NCBI GenBank assembly: GCA_963740355.1
Contig: CAVUDW010000002.1
Coordinates: forward strand, 512,001 to 576,000
DNA: 64,000 nucleotides
From: an uncultured Gemmatimonadaceae bacterium
Lineage (GTDB): Bacteria > Gemmatimonadota > Gemmatimonadetes > Gemmatimonadales > Gemmatimonadaceae
Direction: 5' to 3'
A model generated the notes under the pieces. It saw only the letters and a list, made by a program, of their open reading frames with translations. It did not search any database and had not been told where the DNA came from. The translations under genes were made by a program, and so were the position numbers. Shown piece after piece: positions 58,173-64,000 of this stretch (position 1 is the first letter of the stretch; the number at the start of each line of letters is the position of its first letter).

Positions 58173-59309
58173 CTAGCTGATGCGGATGTTGATGCCGCGC
58201 GAAGCCAGTTCGGAGATGTAGCGATCGCCGGGAAAGCACTCGTCGGGAGTGTAGACACCTGACGCCAGTGCGCCGGACGCCATCAGCTGGCCGGTGATCG
58301 AGAGTGTGTAGCCCGTCACGCGCATCATGGCCGTGATCTGGTGCTCGGCGTCGTAGTAATCGAGCAGGTCGTACTGACGCGTGGCCGGGGCTCCCGACTT
58401 GGTACCGGACACCACGACGCGCAGCGCCACGAGATCCGTCCCGCCAGGGCGGCGAAGCTTCGGGCCGACCGTCGCAATGAACACATCACGCGGCACGACC
58501 TGCTGCCCCTTCACGTCGATCGGCGTCGAGTCGTACAGACCGAGGTCGCGCATCGCGGCCATCAACTCCGCGTGACCAGGATAACGGAGGGTCTTGTACT
58601 CCATGACAGGGATCTTGCCCTCGTACCGCCACGCCATCGTCGACAGGCCACCGGCGGTGTGGAATGCCTCGAGGGTACCGATCGGCTCGATGAACTGCAC
58701 CGGCTCCAATTCCGACAGCGCCTTCACCTGCACCCGCTTCCCATCGCGGACGACCCAGGAGAGCGTCGAGTAGTAGTCCAGCACGCCTTCGATCGAGTAC
58801 ACGATCTGATAATTCAGCGGCGGCTCCGGGTGCTGCGGCAGCCCGCCAACGAACAGCTTCACACTCTCGACGGTATCGAGCGACTGGATGCCATGTTCCG
58901 CCAGGACGTTGATCATGCCAGGCGCGAGGCCCGTGTCGGGCACGACGGTGACGTGCTTCAGCCGAGCCGCTTCGTGCAGTTCCTTCTGCTTGAAGACGAT
59001 CTCGGTGTTGCCGCCAAGGTCGGCGAAGTGCACACCGGCCTGCACCGCGAGGGCGGCCAGCTCACCGTTGAAGTAGTACGGAATCGCGCTGAGGACCGCG
59101 TCCACCTCGCTCATTTGCGCCAGCATCGACACACGATCCCGCACGTCGAGCGACACTGCCTTCAGTCGAGTGTCGGCTGTCGGCAGAAACTTCGGGAGAT
59201 CTGAGACGTCGATGTCGGCCAGGCGAACTTCCGTGACGCCGGGACTGCGAAGCAGGTCGAACGCACAGGCAGAACCTTGGGCGCCGCGGCCAAGAACGAG
59301 AAAGCGCAT
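58173..59309 (-). CDS. Saccharopine/lysine dehydrogenase family oxidoreductase
   Basis: Rossmann start, DLGG, GLAPG, VGGLP, KTLRYPGH. Confidence 0.88.
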   Translation of the reverse strand: MRFLVLGRGAQGSACAFDLLRSPGVTEVRLADIDVSDLPKFLPTADTRLKAVSLDVRDRVSMLAQMSEVDAVLSAIPYYFNGELAALAVQAGVHFADLGGNTEIVFKQKELHEAARLKHVTVVPDTGLAPGMINVLAEHGIQSLDTVESVKLFVGGLPQHPEPPLNYQIVYSIEGVLDYYSTLSWVVRDGKRVQVKALSELEPVQFIEPIGTLEAFHTAGGLSTMAWRYEGKIPVMEYKTLRYPGHAELMAAMRDLGLYDSTPIDVKGQQVVPRDVFIATVGPKLRRPGGTDLVALRVVVSGTKSGAPATRQYDLLDYYDAEHQITAMMRVTGYTLSITGQLMASGALASGVYTPDECFPGDRYISELASRGINIRIS

Positions 59310-59462
59310 TGGGTAGGGGCAAGGCCGCACGCGCGCCGACTGGGCGCTGCGAGGCAGGCTGATAAATCGGGCGCAGGGTAGGAATCCTGCAGGAGACCGA
59401 GGAATTTACAGAGGCGTGCAGGATTCCGCGCTCAGGCATATCACCCACACCGGCAAAATCCC

Positions 59463-59915
59463 ATGTCCACCAGCGACGAGGCCTGGCGCCAGCACCTGTT
59501 GACCAGCGCTGCGGACATTCACGCCGCGATCAGCCCCCTGAAAACGATCGCCGTCCTCGGCATCAAGCCGGCCGACACCGATGCGCCAGCGTTCTACGTG
59601 CCAGAGTATGCCCAGCGGGCGGGCTATAAAATCATCCCGGTACCGGTGTACTACCCGCTGATGACCAAGGAATTGGGGGAGACGGCGTACCAGTCCCTTC
59701 GCGACATCCCAGTCCCCGTGGACATCGTCGAGATTTTTCGCCGCCCAGCAGACATCCCGCAGCACCTCGATGACATCCTTGCCATCAAGCCGAAGCTGGT
59801 CTGGATGCAACTCGGAATTCGCCACGAAGCCGTGGCCGAGACCCTCGCCCGCGCCGGCATCGACGTCGTGCAGGACCACTGCCTCCTCGTCGAACTGCGC
59901 AAAATGGGGCGGTGA
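59463..59915 (+). CDS. CoA-binding protein (YccU-like)
   Basis: TIAVLG, VDIVEIFR, WMQLGI, DHC. Confidence 0.9.
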   Translation: MSTSDEAWRQHLLTSAADIHAAISPLKTIAVLGIKPADTDAPAFYVPEYAQRAGYKIIPVPVYYPLMTKELGETAYQSLRDIPVPVDIVEIFRRPADIPQHLDDILAIKPKLVWMQLGIRHEAVAETLARAGIDVVQDHCLLVELRKMGR

Positions 59916-59976
59916 TCGCTGGCGGACTTTCTCCGCCGATCGAACGCCCGCCTGCGACTCTCACCCCATAAAAACC

Positions 59977-60043
59977 CAGAACCCCCGCCGCCAAAGGCGT
60001 CGAGGGTTCTGCTCCGCGTCTCCGCGTCCCCCGCGGCTCCGCG
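59977..60043. terminator. Hairpin plus short CTCCGCG repeats between convergent genes
   Basis: CAGAACCC.../GGGTTCTG stem followed by 3-4 (C)TCCGCG units. Confidence 0.45.
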
Positions 60044-60088
60044 GGTTTGACTGTGTGGACCTCTGCCGTCGCAGACGTCCAAGATGGA

Positions 60089-61273
60089 TCAGCGCGACGA
60101 AGTGACGCGGAAGATGGTACCGCCGTTGTCATCGCTCACCAGCACCGAGCCGTCGCGAAGAACGGCGAAATCCACCGGGCGACCCCAGCGGGCGCCGGTC
60201 TCACCCTGCCAGCCGGTGATGAAGTCCTCGTAGCTCACCGGGCGGCCGTTCCGCACACGAACACGCACCACCTTTGCACCGGTCGGCGTGTCGCGATTCC
60301 AGCTGCCGTGGAAGGCCACCAGCGCGTCGCCACGCCAATCGGCGGGGAACGACGTCGCCTTGTCGAGGAAGGTCATGCCGAGCGGCGCGGAGTGCGCCTG
60401 CATGCGGAGCGCCGGCGACTCCGTGCGGTTGCAGCGCGCCTGATCGTGGAACTCCGGGTTCGGAATCTTCGGGCCATGGCAGTAGGGCCAGCCGTAGTCC
60501 TTCCCGTCGCGCAGCAGGTTCAGCTCTTCCGTCGGCAGGTCCTGATGGTCTGGCTGCAGGTTGTCGCGCTCATGCTGCGTGACCCAGATCTGCTTGGTGG
60601 TCGGGTTCACCGCCATGCCAACCGCGTTGCGAAGGCCACTGCTGTAGACGCGGCCATTCTGGCCATCCGCGTCGTACTGCATGACGGTCGCACGCTCTTC
60701 AGCCTTTTCGATGCAGATGTTGCAGCTGCTGCCAATCGAGACGTACATCTTTCCGTCGGTGCCGAACAGGATGCTGCGCGTCCAGTGCCCGGTGCCGCCG
60801 TCGTAGCGATTCAGCTGCTCAGCGGCCCCGGTCGGAACGCCGTCCGCGGTGAGCGCGAAACGCACCACGCCGCCCGTGTTCGCGACGTAGAACTTGCCGC
60901 CGTGGAACGCCATGCCGTGCGGGCGATCGAGACCGGTCGTGAGCACAGCGCTCGTCGAGTCGGCGACGCCATCATTGTTGGTGTCGAGCACACGGACGAT
61001 CGTGTTGCGGTTCGGCGTGCTGACGTACACGCTGCCGTCTGGCCCCACCACCATCGCGCGAGCACTGGGCACTGACGCGTACTTCGTGACCGTGAAGCCC
61101 GTCGGCACGCTGAGCTTGCCATCGAGGGTCTGTGCACGAGCCGGAACCAGGCGGCTCGGCGTCGTGTCGATCGACGCCGTTGGCCCCGTCTGGGCCTCGA
61201 GCCCGGCAGCGGAGAAAGTGGCCATGCCGAGCACGGCCAAGGTGTAGAACGAACCGCGCATTGTCTGCCTCAT
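60089..61273 (-). CDS. PQQ-dependent sugar/sorbosone dehydrogenase family protein
   Basis: GHWTR, GSSCN, GLRNAVG, YGWPYC, AHSAPLG, HGSWNR, GRPVD. Confidence 0.88.
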   Translation of the reverse strand: MRQTMRGSFYTLAVLGMATFSAAGLEAQTGPTASIDTTPSRLVPARAQTLDGKLSVPTGFTVTKYASVPSARAMVVGPDGSVYVSTPNRNTIVRVLDTNNDGVADSTSAVLTTGLDRPHGMAFHGGKFYVANTGGVVRFALTADGVPTGAAEQLNRYDGGTGHWTRSILFGTDGKMYVSIGSSCNICIEKAEERATVMQYDADGQNGRVYSSGLRNAVGMAVNPTTKQIWVTQHERDNLQPDHQDLPTEELNLLRDGKDYGWPYCHGPKIPNPEFHDQARCNRTESPALRMQAHSAPLGMTFLDKATSFPADWRGDALVAFHGSWNRDTPTGAKVVRVRVRNGRPVSYEDFITGWQGETGARWGRPVDFAVLRDGSVLVSDDNGGTIFRVTSSR

Positions 61274-61369
61274 CGTGTAACTGGAATCGACTGCGTCGAA
61301 GGACTTCACTTCACATCGGGGCTGAGCCCGTGCCGTGCCAGCGTCGGAACGGCCCTGCTCAACCGGTAC

Positions 61370-63463
61370 TTAGAGTTCGATTTGTGTGCCGAGTTCCACC
61401 ACTCGCCCCGGCGGGATGCCGAAGAAGGCGGTCGCAGAGCGTGCGTTGCGAACCATGAGGATGAACAGCTTCTTCCGCCAGCGCGACATGCGCGTTGGAC
61501 CATTGGGGAGCAGCTGCTCGCGCCCGAGGAAATAACTCGTTGAGCCGGTCGAGCAGATCAGCCCAGAGCCCCGCGCGCTGGCCATGATGTCGCGCATCTC
61601 GGGGGTCTGCATGAAGCCGTACATGGCGCGCACCCGCCAGAAACCGGCGCCCAGCGGCTCCACCATCACGCGTTGCGAAGAGTCGATGTAGGGCACGGTC
61701 TTCGAGACCACGCTCAGCAGCACCACCTGGTCGTGCAGCACCTTGTTGTGCTTGAGGTGGTGCAGCAGCACCGGCGGGATGCCATCGGCGTCGGACGTCA
61801 TGAAGACGGCCGTCCCGGAGACGCGAACCGGCTCCTTGCGCTTGATGTCCGCAAGAAAGAGTTCGGTCGGCAACGTACTGCGACGCAGGAGCTGGCCAAG
61901 CGCCTCGCGACCGCGCTTCCAGGTGGTCATCAGCGTGAACAGGCCCATCGCCACGACCAGCGGTACCCATCCACCATCCAGCACCTTGAGCACGTTCGCA
62001 CCGAGGAATGCGATGTCGATGAAGAGGAAGAACCCCGCCAGCGTCATCGCACGCCACTTCGGCCAGTTCCACCGCAGGACGCAAAGCTCATAAAAGAGCA
62101 GCGTGGTGATCGCCATCGTACCGGTCACCGCAATCCCATACGCGGCGGCCAGTGCACTCGACGACTTGAACCCCAGCACCACGAAGATCGTCCCCATGGC
62201 GAGCAGCGTGTTGATCTCGGGGATGTAGATCTGCCCCGACTGCTGTTCCGAGGTGTGGATGATCGTCACGCGCGGGGTGTAGCCAAGCTGCACGCTCTGT
62301 TGCGTGAGCGAGAAGGCACCGGAGATGAGTGCTTGGCTGGCGATGATGGCGGCCATCGTGGCCAGCACCAGCAGTGGGTACTGCAGCACTGACGGTGCCA
62401 GGGAATAGAACGGGTTCACGCGAGCCGACGCATCACTCATCAGCACCGCGCCCTGCCCGAAGTAATTCAGCAGCAGGCACGGGAATACCATGAAGCCCCA
62501 CGCCAATCGGATCGGTCGCTTGCCGAAGTGCCCCATGTCGGCGTACAGCGCTTCCGCGCCGGTCACGGACAGCACCACGGCCCCGAGCAGCACGAATGCA
62601 TGCCAGCCATGCGACAGCATGAACATGATGGCGTACCACGGCAGCAGCGACCGAAGCACGTTCGGGTGCTCGATGATGTGTGGTACACCGAGTGCAGCGA
62701 TGCTTGCGAACCACACGAACATGATCGGACCGAACGCCTTGCCCACACGGTCCGTACCGAAGCGCTGGGCGGCAAAGAGCCCCAGGAGCAGCACGATCGT
62801 GACCGGAACCACGATCTTTTGGAGCGCAGGAGCGATGACCGACACACCTTCCACTGCACCGAGCACCGAGACCGCCGGCGTGATGATCCCGTCGCCGTAG
62901 AGCAATGCCGCGCCGAACAATGCCAGTACGACGACTCGCTTCTTCTTCTTCTCGTCGTTCAAAACGCCGCCCGTCTTCTGCAGCAGCAACGCGAGCAGGG
63001 CGAGAATACCGCCTTCGCCGCGGTTGTCGGCCCGGAGGATGAAGCCGATGTACTTGACGCTCACCACCGTGATCAGCGACCAGACGATCATCGAGAGCAC
63101 ACCAACCACGTTTTCCGGCGTCGGTTCGACGCCGTGCGGGCCGTTGAAGCACTCCTTCAATGCATAGAGCGGGCTGGTGCCGATGTCGCCGTACACGACG
63201 CCAAGTGCGGTCAGCGTCAGTAAGGCGAGCTTTCGCCCCGTCGCGGGATCGCCGACGTGATGATGATTGCTGTCAGCGATGACCGGATGCGAGCCCGTGG
63301 TCATCGTCAGACCAGGCGGCTGCGTCGGTGGCGGTGGCGGTGACGCGGGTGCCGCCGGTTGTTCACCGGTGGCAGCAGGACTGTCGGACTGCACTGGGTC
63401 TGCAGCAGTCCCGGATGATCCCGGGACCGGCGACGCCGAAGGAGAAGGCTGCGGTTCAATCAT
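61370..63463 (-). CDS. kup: KUP/HAK/KT potassium transporter
   Basis: GVVYGDIGTSPLY, GEGG, EALYADMGHF, AYGIAV, YFLGRE; start uncertain. Confidence 0.95.
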   Translation of the reverse strand: MIEPQPSPSASPVPGSSGTAADPVQSDSPAATGEQPAAPASPPPPPTQPPGLTMTTGSHPVIADSNHHHVGDPATGRKLALLTLTALGVVYGDIGTSPLYALKECFNGPHGVEPTPENVVGVLSMIVWSLITVVSVKYIGFILRADNRGEGGILALLALLLQKTGGVLNDEKKKKRVVVLALFGAALLYGDGIITPAVSVLGAVEGVSVIAPALQKIVVPVTIVLLLGLFAAQRFGTDRVGKAFGPIMFVWFASIAALGVPHIIEHPNVLRSLLPWYAIMFMLSHGWHAFVLLGAVVLSVTGAEALYADMGHFGKRPIRLAWGFMVFPCLLLNYFGQGAVLMSDASARVNPFYSLAPSVLQYPLLVLATMAAIIASQALISGAFSLTQQSVQLGYTPRVTIIHTSEQQSGQIYIPEINTLLAMGTIFVVLGFKSSSALAAAYGIAVTGTMAITTLLFYELCVLRWNWPKWRAMTLAGFFLFIDIAFLGANVLKVLDGGWVPLVVAMGLFTLMTTWKRGREALGQLLRRSTLPTELFLADIKRKEPVRVSGTAVFMTSDADGIPPVLLHHLKHNKVLHDQVVLLSVVSKTVPYIDSSQRVMVEPLGAGFWRVRAMYGFMQTPEMRDIMASARGSGLICSTGSTSYFLGREQLLPNGPTRMSRWRKKLFILMVRNARSATAFFGIPPGRVVELGTQIEL

Positions 63464-63657
63464 ACGGAATGCCACGCACCGCGTTAGCCGTGCGCAGCGA
63501 AACGGAAATGGCGGCGGGCTGCAATCGCAGCAAGCCACCCGAACGGTGCAAACGGGGAACGCCGCCCTACAGTGTCGACAGGCGGCGTCGTGTCACGACA
63601 AGCGGGATGAGACGGGAGGAAGCTATACGTCCCGGTGGGGCGGGGTAGTGGTCGGCG

Positions 63658-64000
63658 TCAACGCCCGGCCCCGCGCGCGCTGTCCTTGCTCATCTCGAGC
63701 AGGACCTGATCCCACTTGGCCTGTTGCACGGCAGAGAGCCGCCCCCGAATCACGCCTCGGGCCACCAGACGCACCGAGTCAAGCTTCGGGCTGACCGGGG
63801 CGAGGATCACCTTCATCTGCTCGTTTCTGTCGTCCAGCACCGAGTCCAGCATTCGGCGCTGTTCCGGGCTCAGCTGCAGGCGATCAGCCAGTTCTGCCCG
63901 CGACGTCTTCTGATCCTTCGGCGCGTCCCGGTGCGCCATGGCGCGATTCGCCGTGAAGCCCAGGGCGCCGCCGACCAGAACCGCACCGAGCAGGAAGAAG
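63658..64000 (-). CDS. Exported helical protein (Spy/CpxP-like), 5' end outside window
   Basis: Hydrophobic FLLGAVLVGGALG then LQLSPEQ...LSAVQQ repeats. Confidence 0.55.
   Translation of the reverse strand, partial: FFLLGAVLVGGALGFTANRAMAHRDAPKDQKTSRAELADRLQLSPEQRRMLDSVLDDRNEQMKVILAPVSPKLDSVRLVARGVIRGRLSAVQQAKWDQVLLEMSKDSARGAGR

Overview
A 64-kb GC-rich bacterial chromosome segment. Gene content and style suggest Gemmatimonadota or a similar lineage, but this is inferred, not proven. Layout: (1) 1-26 kb holds secreted hydrolases, transporters, matBC and trmL, two paralogous cassettes each encoding a secreted helical protein plus a putative beta-barrel, and a nested 96-bp palindromic repeat array. 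(2) About 26.0-38.3 kb is a visibly more AT-rich defence island. It carries an MvaI/BcnI-like endonuclease, HTH-Dcm, Vsr, an uncharacterised three-gene operon led by a GHKL-type ATPase, a TM-GAF protein, a decayed IS5-like element, a second GHKL ATPase fused to a PD-(D/E)XK-like domain, an interrupted nuclease-like gene and an orphan RHH antitoxin. (3) 38.4-47.5 kb is a cyanophycin cluster: iadA, cphB, cphA, a CphA paralogue lacking the ATP-grasp domain, and an aspartase fused to a cNMP-like domain, with an inverted-repeat array between iadA and cphB. (4) The rest holds vapBC, a caa3-type oxidase operon, dacB, kup and housekeeping genes. No rRNA, tRNA or CRISPR array was recognised. The best candidates for undescribed systems are the GHKL three-gene operon with its R-M neighbours, the extended cyanophycin module and the duplicated secreted-protein/barrel cassette. 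All product calls come from motif recognition by eye, without database searches.
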